Assembly: GCA_963827685.1 (NCBI GenBank)
Contig: CAWHBU010000004.1
Coordinates: forward strand, 672,001-736,000
DNA from: an uncultured delta proteobacterium
Lineage (GTDB): Bacteria > Desulfobacterota > BSN033 > UBA1163
Direction: 5' to 3'
DNA: 64,000 nucleotides
Notes under the pieces: model-generated
Database searches by the model: none
What the model was told of the DNA's origin: nothing
What the model saw: only the letters and a program-made list of their open reading frames with translations
Shown: positions 37,135-45,802 of the stretch, piece by piece
How the letters are laid out: each line of letters opens with the position of its first letter
How positions within the stretch are numbered: the stretch's first letter is position 1
Position numbers and translations under genes: made by a program

Positions 37135-38106
37135 TCAGATGGCCAGGCTTTTCAAAAACTCGATAAGCAGTTGATTGACCTCGGTTGGGCGCTCCTGCTG
37201 AATCCAATGTCCGGCACCGGGCACCAGAACCTTCTTTCTCAAGGCCGGCATCGTTATTTCCATGGTATTGAAGGTTTTGCGGTTCATCGCAACGACTGCA
37301 TCAAACTCACCCGCGATGAACAGTGCAGGTTGATGAAGCTTCGCACCGTTCAGAAAAGGTGTAAGCTCCCAATTCCTGTCGATGTTCCGGTACCAATTCA
37401 AACCACCCCGGAACCCAGTGCGTTCGAACTCGCGCGTAAAAAAGGTAAGGTCTTGCTCGGTTAACCAGGCCGGAAGCGTCTCGGGTAGTGACCCCGTATC
37501 AAGAAACTTCTCCGACTTACCAAAGAGATGACCCCATCGTTTTTCCGGTGGCGGGTCTCCTGGAGCTGTGTAGAGGAATATGCCCATGGTTCTGCGGACG
37601 TCGGCTTCAAATTCCGCCTCCGCCTTACCCGGTTCTTGGAAGTACAACATGTAGAACTCCCGTTCGCCTGCCATTTTTTTCATTCCATCTGTTGGTCGAC
37701 CAGACTCCCAGGATCCGGAGCGAAACGGTACGCTAAGCAGGGCAATGGCGTGGAAGAGGTCGGGCCGGAGCAAAGCACAGTGCCAGGCAACGGGCGCACC
37801 CCAATCGTGTCCGACAATGATCGCCCGTTCTTCCCCAAGGGCATGGATCAATCCAACCATATCGCCGGTCAACTGGAGAATATTATATGCCTCGATTGGC
37901 TCCGGCCGATCCGTCTGGCCGTAGCCGCGCTGATCCGGGGCCACCACGTGGAATCCCGCGTCAGCGAGTGCTGGAAGCTGGTGCCTCCAGGAGTACCAGC
38001 ATTCTGGAAAGCCATGGCAGAGGATGACCAGCGGGCCCCGGCCCTGCTCAACGAAGTGTATCTTGATGCCATTCGTGTCGACAAAGCGGTGGTTCATTGT
38101 TGCCAC
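37135..38106 (-). CDS. Epoxide hydrolase (EphA-like alpha/beta hydrolase)
   Basis: HGFPECWYSWRHQ, GHDWGA, LNWYRN, GHWIQQE. Confidence 0.9.
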   Translation of the reverse strand: MATMNHRFVDTNGIKIHFVEQGRGPLVILCHGFPECWYSWRHQLPALADAGFHVVAPDQRGYGQTDRPEPIEAYNILQLTGDMVGLIHALGEERAIIVGHDWGAPVAWHCALLRPDLFHAIALLSVPFRSGSWESGRPTDGMKKMAGEREFYMLYFQEPGKAEAEFEADVRRTMGIFLYTAPGDPPPEKRWGHLFGKSEKFLDTGSLPETLPAWLTEQDLTFFTREFERTGFRGGLNWYRNIDRNWELTPFLNGAKLHQPALFIAGEFDAVVAMNRKTFNTMEITMPALRKKVLVPGAGHWIQQERPTEVNQLLIEFLKSLAI

Positions 38107-38288
38107 AGTTCCTCCTCAGAAGCATGCATGTTTGTATTCAGAAAATCACTGCGTCGAACTCCGCCATTAGCGCCGTGCGCAGTACGGCATCGACATCAAT
38201 TTTTATGTTGCCGTCATTTGGGCGTAATATACATCTTTTCCTGAATTTTTGGTAGTCCTGTTTCCCCAGAAAAAAGTCAGCACCATGT

Positions 38289-38522
38289 TTGATCCAATCG
38301 GCAGCGCCAAGCTCCGTCTTTTAGAGGGGCGTTGATTGGGAACCACACCTGCCTGCCGTTACAACTGCCTACGCGAAGCGGCTCCGGCGAAGGCGAGCAC
38401 TTCTTCGGGCACGGGCTTTGCCCACAGGGCTCCACTTCCTGGCGGCGAAAAGAAATAGTGTACTTTCTAATTCGATCCACTCTTCGCCAGAAGGACCGTC
38501 AGCCGGGGAGTCGAAGGATTGA
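38289..38522 (-). mobile_element. Degenerate MITE related to 1524-1634, with nested palindromic repeats
   Basis: On the minus strand the ends read TCAATCCTTCGACTCCCC.. and ..GCTTGGCGCTGCCGATTGGATCAA, matching the ends of the 1524-1634 element. Confidence 0.5.
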
Positions 38523-38605
38523 CTTTGGGTAGGGCATCTCTTATAAAATTTAGATGTAATTCTTTGTTCCTCCACTTCCCCTTTTTTAAAACGGGGGTTA
38601 AGAGA

Positions 38606-39475
38606 ATGCCTATGGGATACGTGGATCTCCACCTTCATACGACCGCTTCTGACGGGGTGCTAAGCCCATCGGAGATCGTGAGATATGCCAAGGCGAAAGG
38701 ACTTCAAGCGATTGCGATTACTGATCATGACACCATCGAAGGGTGTGAGGAGGGATTGTCGGAAGGAGAGAGAATCGGTTTCGAAGTGATCCCGGGAATT
38801 GAAATTAGTGCAGAACATTCACCTGGCTCCATGCATATCTTAGGGTTTTTTCTCGATATCCATCATCCTATTCTCATTGAGAGGTTGGAATATCTGCAGA
38901 AGGCAAGGGCAGAAAGAAATCCGAAGATTGTTGAAAAATTGAATGGATTAGGGATGGATATTACCTTTGAAGAGGTACTGAGAGCCTCTGGGGGAGGGCA
39001 GGTTGGGCGGCCCCATTTTGCCAATGTGCTTTTAGAAAAGAAGTATGTCAGAAGTTTTCAAGAAGCGTTTGATCGGTTTCTGAAAAAGGGAGCCCCGGCC
39101 TATGTGGACAAATTCAGATTTACATCGAAAGACGCTCTGTATTTTATCAACGAAGCCAAAGGAGTGGCCGTGCTTGCTCATCCCAATACCCTCGGGATGA
39201 ATGGATACTCAGAATTGGAGAAGCTTATCTTCCAACTCGTCCAGGAGGGGCTTAAAGGGATTGAGGTCTATTATCCTGAGCACGCTGCAGCGGAGACAGC
39301 ACAGTACAAAACCCTTGCCGAAAGATACGGTCTTCTGTCGACAGGGGGGACGGATTATCATGGAATGGAAAAAAACCAATTGGACATCGGAGTGGGGAGA
39401 GGAGAGATGAAGCTTCCTTACTCCATCGTGGAGAATATCAAGGCGGTTCGAAGTCGGTCTTTATCGGGGAGGTAA
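38606..39475 (+). CDS. PHP-domain phosphoesterase (TrpH/YciV-like)
   Basis: DLHLHTTASDG, AITDHD, GRPH, LAHP, GGTDYHG. Confidence 0.9.
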   Translation: MPMGYVDLHLHTTASDGVLSPSEIVRYAKAKGLQAIAITDHDTIEGCEEGLSEGERIGFEVIPGIEISAEHSPGSMHILGFFLDIHHPILIERLEYLQKARAERNPKIVEKLNGLGMDITFEEVLRASGGGQVGRPHFANVLLEKKYVRSFQEAFDRFLKKGAPAYVDKFRFTSKDALYFINEAKGVAVLAHPNTLGMNGYSELEKLIFQLVQEGLKGIEVYYPEHAAAETAQYKTLAERYGLLSTGGTDYHGMEKNQLDIGVGRGEMKLPYSIVENIKAVRSRSLSGR

Positions 39476-39479
39476 AGAG

Positions 39480-39893
39480 TTGGTTATCCTTTTGTTGGTC
39501 GTAACGAGTTTGTTATGGGGATCGACCCCCATTCTTGAAAAAATGGGTTTGGCAAAAGTGGATCCTCTGATTGGCGTTACCGTTCGAAGCGCCATTGTCA
39601 CGGCAGGCCTCTTGTTGTTCACCTTTCTATTGGGCAAGGGCAGGGCATTGATTGAATTGGATGGGAAGAGCATTCTTCTCTTTGGGGCGAGCGGCATGAT
39701 GGCCGGTCTTTTTGGCATGTGGACTTATTACGGTGCCTTGAAAATGGAAGCGACCTCTAAGATCGTTCCCATTGCAGCCTGCTACCCTCTGGTGACCGCC
39801 CTTCTGAGTGTTGTGGTTCTCAAAGAAGGGGTAACTCTTCACAGGATTATTGGAACGGCATTGATCGTCTCAGGAATCTGGTTAGTCAAATAA
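39480..39893 (+). CDS. EamA/DMT-family small transporter
   Basis: Hydrophobic helices, LEKMGL, SKIVPI. Confidence 0.8.
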   Translation: MVILLLVVTSLLWGSTPILEKMGLAKVDPLIGVTVRSAIVTAGLLLFTFLLGKGRALIELDGKSILLFGASGMMAGLFGMWTYYGALKMEATSKIVPIAACYPLVTALLSVVVLKEGVTLHRIIGTALIVSGIWLVK

Positions 39894-39959
39894 CCCTTCA
39901 ACCTTCCCCTCCTCCCGTCAAGGGAGAGGGATGGGTTGAGGGTACAGATGGAGGAGAAC

Positions 39960-40064
39960 ATGAAGAGACGGAAAAAAACGAGTCGCTTGAAGGCAGCCCT
40001 GAAGAAGAAAAATGTTAAGCACTCCTTGAGAAAGTCTAAAGGAGAAAGAAAGTATCCAACCTAA
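39960..40064 (+). CDS. Small basic protein (34 aa), absent from the ORF track
   Basis: GGAGGAG then MKRRKKTSRLKAALKKKNVKHSLRKSKGERKYPT*. Confidence 0.55.
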   Translation: MKRRKKTSRLKAALKKKNVKHSLRKSKGERKYPT

Positions 40065-40179
40065 TCAAAATAGCAACGTGACTCGTGTCCGTGCCTGCGC
40101 GCTGTAGCGCTTCGGCGCGCAAGCGTGATTCGTGACCGTAACCCACGAATTTTCATATTTCGTTTGCGGCAAACCCACC

Positions 40180-41475
40180 ATGGCCGATTTTGAATATCCC
40201 CGGCTCATCTTATCGGACCCTGAGGGGAATATCTTTGATCACCCTTCTTTGAACCTATTAGGTCGATCGGGAGATCGGTTTCTCCTGCCCCCTCCCTCAG
40301 AATTAGTGCCTCTGCCTAATGGGAGTCAACTCTTCACTTTACCCGGAAGGGTTCCAATCGGATGGGATGAAGAAAAAAGATCTTTTGTTCCTTCGAGAAA
40401 AGTCAGATTGGGGGAGAAAGAGGTGGAGGCTACAGCTGTGGCGGCTTTCCTTCCACCAGGATATATCCGCACCTTCCTTCCTGCTACCCAGCGGGAACCC
40501 AAAGCGCCCAGCCTTCCACTTTGGGCCTACAGTGCTGTGGGTTGGAAAGATGGGAAATTTTGGGCGCCAGGATTATTCATTGACCCCGATCCCCATTGGG
40601 ATCCAAAATATTTCGAGAATGATCGCCTTTTAAAGAGAAAGGTGCACACCTTTCTTAGTAGAAATCCTAAAAATCGCCTCCTTCGACAACTTTCCAGGTG
40701 TGCCTTGGAATATCACTGCTTTGCGGCAAAAAATGTTTTTTTTCGAAGATGGGAATGCCCATTGCCTACTTCCCCTTCATGCAATGCAGATTGCTTGGGT
40801 TGCATCTCCCTACAACCCTCTGAATGTTGCCCGGCCTCACAAGAGAGAATCAATTTCGTTCCTACCGTAGACGAGGTTCTGGATGTCGCTTTACCCCATC
40901 TGGAAGAAGCAGAGGATGCGATTGTCAGCTTTGGTCAGGGTTGTGAAGGAGAACCGTTGGCCCAATGGAGGCTTTTGGAAAATTCGATTTTTAAGCTTCG
41001 AGAAGAAACCCGCCGGGGAACGATCAACCTCAATACCAATGGGAGTTTTCCAAAAAGGCTGGCGAAGCTTTGCGACGCAGGGCTTGATAGCGTTCGTATC
41101 ACGCTCAACAGTCCCCATTCAAAATTCTACAAACGCTATCACAGGCCAAAGGGATATTCCTTTGAGGCAGTGGTGGATTCCTTGGCCCAGGCCAAAGGAA
41201 AAGGGATCTATACGTCGATTAATCTCCTCGTCTTTCCAGGGTTCACAGACAGAGAGGAAGAAGTGGAAGGGTTGACAGAACTGATCAGGGAAACGAACCT
41301 CGATCTCATCCAGATGCGAAACCTCAACATCGATCCAGACCTTTATCTCAAAATTATGGGAGGAGGTGAGGGGATAGGTATTTCTAAGATGATTGATATT
41401 CTAAAGAAAGAATTTCCTTTCCTCCAATTCGGTTATTTCAACCGCACCAAGGAAAATTTCTATCCCAATAAATAG
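40180..41475 (+). CDS. Radical SAM protein
   Basis: CNADCLGC, SFGQGCEGEP, NLNTNGS. Confidence 0.88.
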   Translation: MADFEYPRLILSDPEGNIFDHPSLNLLGRSGDRFLLPPPSELVPLPNGSQLFTLPGRVPIGWDEEKRSFVPSRKVRLGEKEVEATAVAAFLPPGYIRTFLPATQREPKAPSLPLWAYSAVGWKDGKFWAPGLFIDPDPHWDPKYFENDRLLKRKVHTFLSRNPKNRLLRQLSRCALEYHCFAAKNVFFRRWECPLPTSPSCNADCLGCISLQPSECCPASQERINFVPTVDEVLDVALPHLEEAEDAIVSFGQGCEGEPLAQWRLLENSIFKLREETRRGTINLNTNGSFPKRLAKLCDAGLDSVRITLNSPHSKFYKRYHRPKGYSFEAVVDSLAQAKGKGIYTSINLLVFPGFTDREEEVEGLTELIRETNLDLIQMRNLNIDPDLYLKIMGGGEGIGISKMIDILKKEFPFLQFGYFNRTKENFYPNK

Positions 41476-41530
41476 GATTCAAGGGGTCAAGTGGTCGAGG
41501 CGTCAATCCCCCCAACCCTTGAACCCTTAT

Positions 41531-42106
41531 TTAGGTTTTTTCAGCGATGAGGCTTGCCACCGCCTTTCTTCTTCTGCCCTCTTTAAAAATTCCTTCGCGA
41601 TAGAATAGGATTCGGAAGTTTCTAAAGAGCCTGAGAGGTTCGTTGGGTTTTAAAAAATATTTAGCTTGTTTGGGCCCTCCTGTGCCGAGCATTCTTTGCT
41701 CAAGGAGGTAAGTCTCGAAAATCACCTTTCCACCTATTTTAAGTCCTTTTCTGATCCTTGGGATGAGACGACGTTTGAGAAAATAGAAATTAGCGACCAG
41801 GTCGTATCGCTCTTTTTCAATCTGATATTGGTCAAGGTCAACGAGAAACGCGTTGATCTTGACTCCTTTCTCTCGGGCTAATTTTTGGGTTTTCTTCAAA
41901 CCTTTCTCAGAGATATCCACTGCATCCACTTCAAATCCATTTTGAGCCAGAAAGACTGCGTTTCTCCCTTCGCCAGCAGCGATATCAAGGGCTTTTCCTT
42001 TTGGAAGAAGATGGATATGTTTCTTTAGAAAAGGATTGGGTTCTTTCCCGAGGGCGAATTCTTTCCTCCCGAATCTTTTGTCCCATCTTTTTTGATCCGC
42101 TTTCAT
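41531..42106 (-). CDS. Class I SAM-dependent methyltransferase (TehB-like)
   Basis: ALDIAAGEGRNAVFLA; start ATG 42106 (MKADQKRW). Confidence 0.85.
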   Translation of the reverse strand: MKADQKRWDKRFGRKEFALGKEPNPFLKKHIHLLPKGKALDIAAGEGRNAVFLAQNGFEVDAVDISEKGLKKTQKLAREKGVKINAFLVDLDQYQIEKERYDLVANFYFLKRRLIPRIRKGLKIGGKVIFETYLLEQRMLGTGGPKQAKYFLKPNEPLRLFRNFRILFYREGIFKEGRRRKAVASLIAEKT

Positions 42107-42328
42107 GGTGGTTCCGTAGCCCCACCCCTGCCTACCGGCAGGCAGGCTCGCCCTCCCCCCTTGAGGGGGAGGGGTGGGTGGGGGGAATAGATTTATACGT
42201 TCGCATTTTACAAGAGTTTTTAGAAAATTCAAATTCAAAAAAGAGATTTCTGAAGAAGTCGAGAAATCTCTGATTACATACCTGCGGGCAGGCAGGGATT
42301 AGAGGTCGTAGACCTCAAAAATTTTCCC

Positions 42329-42376
42329 TTGACATCAAAAAAGAACAGAGATATAAATAGTCTACAAATGTAGACC
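42329..42376 (+). promoter_or_regulatory. lexA promoter and candidate LexA (SOS) box
   Basis: TTGACA-N17-TATAAA, then the palindrome GTCTACA-AA-TGTAGAC (42360-42375). Confidence 0.7.
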
Positions 42377-42407
42377 TAACCATTGAAATTCAAATTTCAA
42401 AGAGACC

Positions 42408-42473
42408 GTAGGGTCGGCCACCGTGCCGACCAAAAGGAATTAAGTGTAGGGTCGGCACAGCGGCCTGCCCTAC
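42408..42473. repeat. Inverted pair of GTAG-type REP palindromes
   Basis: GTAGGGTCGGCCACCGTGCCGACC and GGTCGGCACAGCGGCCTGCCCTAC. Confidence 0.7.
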
Positions 42474-42503
42474 ATTAAATAAATATTAAACATAGGGTAC
42501 AAA

Positions 42504-43172
42504 ATGAAAAAAGAAAGAGAGTTGACAGAAACACAGAAGAGAGTATTCAATTTTTTGAAAGACTACCTTGGAGAAAAGGGATTTCCTCCAACGCTTCGTG
42601 AGATAGCTTCTCACTTCGGGTTGAGAGGACCTAATGCTCCGCAAAAAACCTTAAATATATTGGAGAGAAAGGGTTACATCCGAAAAGTCCCGGGAGTTTC
42701 GAGGGCAATTGAAATTTTAGGATCCAAGGTTGGCAGGCACAGTGGCCTGCCCTACAAAATGGGGTTTGTAGAGTCGGCCACTGTGCCGACTTTCCCAATT
42801 CCAATTGTGGGGAGGGTGCGAGCAGGTGAACCCATTCTCGCCATCGAGAATATCGAGGGTTACATCAACCTCGATCGGAGTTTTGCTTCATCAGGAGATG
42901 TTTTCCTTCTTCGTGTCCAAGGGGATAGCATGATCGATGCCCACATCCAGGATGGAGATTTTGCTCTGGTGAGACCCCAGCCCAATGCAGAGAATGGTGA
43001 GATTGTAGTGGCTTTAATTGAGGATGAAGCTACCATCAAGAGGATTTTTAAAAAGAGGGATTTGATCCGGCTTGAACCAGCCAACCCCAAGATGGAACCT
43101 ATTGTCGTTAAAAAGGGGGAGAAAAAGGTCACCATTGTGGGAAAGGTAATAGGGATTTTTAGGAAACTTTAA
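42504..43172 (+). CDS. lexA: SOS repressor LexA
   Basis: FPPTLREIA HTH, SRAIEI, VRAG cleavage site, GDSM, TIKR. Confidence 0.95.
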   Translation: MKKERELTETQKRVFNFLKDYLGEKGFPPTLREIASHFGLRGPNAPQKTLNILERKGYIRKVPGVSRAIEILGSKVGRHSGLPYKMGFVESATVPTFPIPIVGRVRAGEPILAIENIEGYINLDRSFASSGDVFLLRVQGDSMIDAHIQDGDFALVRPQPNAENGEIVVALIEDEATIKRIFKKRDLIRLEPANPKMEPIVVKKGEKKVTIVGKVIGIFRKL

Positions 43173-43177
43173 CATCA

Positions 43178-43209
43178 ATTGCGGATTGCGGAATGCGGAA
43201 TGCGGATTG
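43178..43209. repeat. Heptamer repeats (A[T/A]TGCGG)n, left flank of the four-helix-bundle gene
   Basis: Four and a half copies; inverted relative to 43668-43696. Confidence 0.8.
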
Positions 43210-43279
43210 AAATGGAAGGGTAAAGAGCGATTTTATTTTTGAGTGGAATAAGGTAGAAATGCCTAAAAGGGGGAAAGAT

Positions 43280-43648
43280 ATGAATCAAGAAGAGATGAAA
43301 CAAAGAACAAAGTTGTTTGCACTTGGTGTTATTCAACTCGTGGAATCACTTCCCAAGGAGCGAACGGCAGAAATACTTGGTAGACAATTGTTGCGATCAG
43401 GGACTTCAGTTGGATCGAACTATCGGAGTGCTTGCCGAGCCAGGTCTATCGCAGACTTTATTTCTAAGATGGGTATTGTTGAAGAAGAAGTGGACGAATT
43501 ATTGTATTGGATGGAGTTATTAATCGAAGCTGGGATAAAAGTTAACATGAGAATGGAAGCATTGATGAAGGAAGCGGGAGAAATTCTAGCCATTACCGTT
43601 GCCTCAATAAAAACTGCGAAAAACAAAAAACTTAGTAGTCGGAAATAG
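43280..43648 (+). CDS. Four helix bundle protein (23S rRNA IVP family)
   Basis: QLLRSGTSVGSNYRSACRARS..FISKMGIVEEE.DE..YWMELL. Confidence 0.9.
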   Translation: MNQEEMKQRTKLFALGVIQLVESLPKERTAEILGRQLLRSGTSVGSNYRSACRARSIADFISKMGIVEEEVDELLYWMELLIEAGIKVNMRMEALMKEAGEILAITVASIKTAKNKKLSSRK

Positions 43649-43667
43649 ATCAGATTTTTATTTAAAA

Positions 43668-43696
43668 TTCGCAATCCGAAATCCGCAATCCGAAAT
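43668..43696. repeat. Heptamer repeats (TCCG[C/A]AA)n, right flank of the four-helix-bundle gene
   Basis: TTCGCAATCCGAAATCCGCAATCCGAAAT. Confidence 0.8.
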
Positions 43697-43702
43697 AGAT
43701 TC

Positions 43703-44857
43703 ATGGACGACCGCATTATTCTTCACATCGATATGGATGCTTTTTTTATTTCAGTGGAGCAGAGGGATAATCCATCGCTCCGGGGAAAACCTGCAGCGGT
43801 TTGTGGCTCTCTTTCTCGAAGTGTGGTGACTTCGGCCACCTATGAGGCAAGACCTTATGGAATTCGGGCGGGAATGTCGACCTAGGAGGCAAAAAGGCGT
43901 TGTCCTCAATTGATCCTCGTCAAAGGGGATCATTCCAAATACACAGAGACAGCTGCCCGGATCTTCTCTATTCTGAAAGGATATACGCCCTTGGTGGAAG
44001 TCGCCTCTATTGACGAGGCCTATCTCGATATTACTCAATCCCTACTTTTATTCCAATCTCCTTTCCTTATTGCCCAATCGATCAAAGATCAAATCCGTGA
44101 GAGTGAACAATTGACCTGCTCCATCGGAGTGGCTCCGAATAAACTCCTTGCGAAGTTGGGGAGTGGTTTGAGAAAACCTGATGGGTTGACAGTAATTGAA
44201 AAAAACGATGTCGGGAAAACATTAGAGGACCTTCCCGTTTCAAGCCTTTTTGGAATCGGTCCAAAACTGACAGAGACGCTCAATTCAATCGGCATTTTTA
44301 CCTGCGGTCAATTGGGACAATTTCCAGTCTCGGATTTAACAAAAAGGTTCGGTGTTATCGGTGAGAGGCTTCAGGAAATGGGTTTGGGTTTGGATGATAG
44401 CCCGGTTGTTCCATTTGATGAGGAAGAAGATGCCAAGTCAATCAGCCATAGTGTCACTCTCGAAGAAGACACTTCGGATCCGAATATCCTGAGAAAAGTT
44501 TTGCTTCAACTTTCCGAAAGGGTTTCAAGAAGGATGAGGAGAGAAGGGTTTTATGGTAAGAGGATTGCCCTTACAGTCCGTTACTCAGATTTTTTTACCT
44601 TCTCAAAACAAAGAACCCTTTCCAAATGGATTAACAGCGGCAACGAAATATTCCAGTACGCCTTTGAGACCTTTAAATCAGTCTCCCATCCAAAACCGAT
44701 TCGTCTCCTGGGAGTGGGGGTATCTCTTTTAAAAAAGGAATGGTGCCAGTTGGATCTTTTTGAGAAAAGGGAGAAGAAAGATAATCTCCTAAAAGCGATG
44801 GACCGCGTGAACGAACGATTCGGAGATTGGACGCTCACCTGGGCAGGGCTTTATTAA
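43703..44857 (+). pseudogene. dinB: DNA polymerase IV with an in-frame TAG at codon 61
   Basis: [28 protein letters not shown]. The two track ORFs share a frame, separated by TAG 43883-43885 (MST*EAKRRCP). Confidence 0.9.
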
Positions 44858-45306
44858 AAAGGGATACAAGGGAGCTCAAATTAGATTTTTTTTGAGTCAA
44901 CGCCGTAAATATGTGGACTTCACAAGTCAACAAAAAAAGACATGGTGATGTTTGAAAATTACGGGTTGAAAGTGAGCGTAACAGCCCGTCCTGCCACGAG
45001 GCTTTACCCAATAACCCCCTTATTAGGCAAGTTTCAAGACAAACACCTCATTTACCCTGAAACACCTGCCGTAGATCAGCGAGCCAAGTTCGCCTCAAAC
45101 GGGAAAAACTGCTTCCCCTCGCAAACTTGGGCCAGTTCTTATCCCAGACGATTCAAGTCAAGGAGAATGGCAGTATCTCAATTGACCCGGCAGGAGGCCC
45201 AAGGGAGTGTTTTTGAATAGATCGAAGTTTTCTACAACCGGATCAGAAGACACTCCTCTTTGGACTCTTGTTCTCCTGCTGAGTTCGAAAAAAGGATGGG
45301 TGAAAC

Positions 45307-45543
45307 TTAATTGGCTGTCCGCTTTTTCGCGTAAAGATCGGGTTCATTGGTAAAGAATGCGCGATCCATATCTTCCCTATCCATATTTTCCAAATCTTGC
45401 AAAGAATATCGGATTCCAGAAACCAGTGTTTCCTCCCCCACAGTTTGAGGATCACTTCTTTTGGCAGCAGACTTCTGGCTGGCGGCACAGCTAAGGGAAA
45501 AAATAGCTGCGATGACTAAGGTCAATAAGCTTTTCGATTTCAT
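45307..45543 (-). CDS. Small lipoprotein
   Basis: MKSKSLLTLVIAAIFSLSC lipobox; AGGAGG RBS. Confidence 0.65.
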   Translation of the reverse strand: MKSKSLLTLVIAAIFSLSCAASQKSAAKRSDPQTVGEETLVSGIRYSLQDLENMDREDMDRAFFTNEPDLYAKKRTAN

Positions 45544-45802
45544 AAAGAACCTCCTTTTTTGGTAGATGTATGAAGGATTGCGCAAGTAGTATGCCGTTCG
45601 TATCAATCTGCAATAAGTATTTAAAGTTTCAGCATTTTATTGATAATGACGCATGAATTGAGTGACAATTATTGGCAATTTTTTCGGTCAAGATTGCTGA
45701 ATTCCATGAAGTATTGTTATGTTGGGGGGATTCAAAAATGAAGTTCGGAAAGGAAGTGTTTGTTAAACCTATATCTCTTAACTTAGGGTAATCGCGCACC
45801 CC

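Noticed and set aside
38289-38460. GC-rich structured region as a tRNA, SRP RNA or riboswitch
   Set aside because: No tRNA or SRP signature; it is explained by MITE ends plus nested palindromes.
43280-43648. Four-helix bundle as the Avd of a diversity-generating retroelement
   Set aside because: No reverse transcriptase and no template/variable repeat pair in the window.
44942-45240. 92-aa ORF or structured RNA between dinB and the lipoprotein gene
   Set aside because: No recognisable protein or RNA motif, so no call can be supported.
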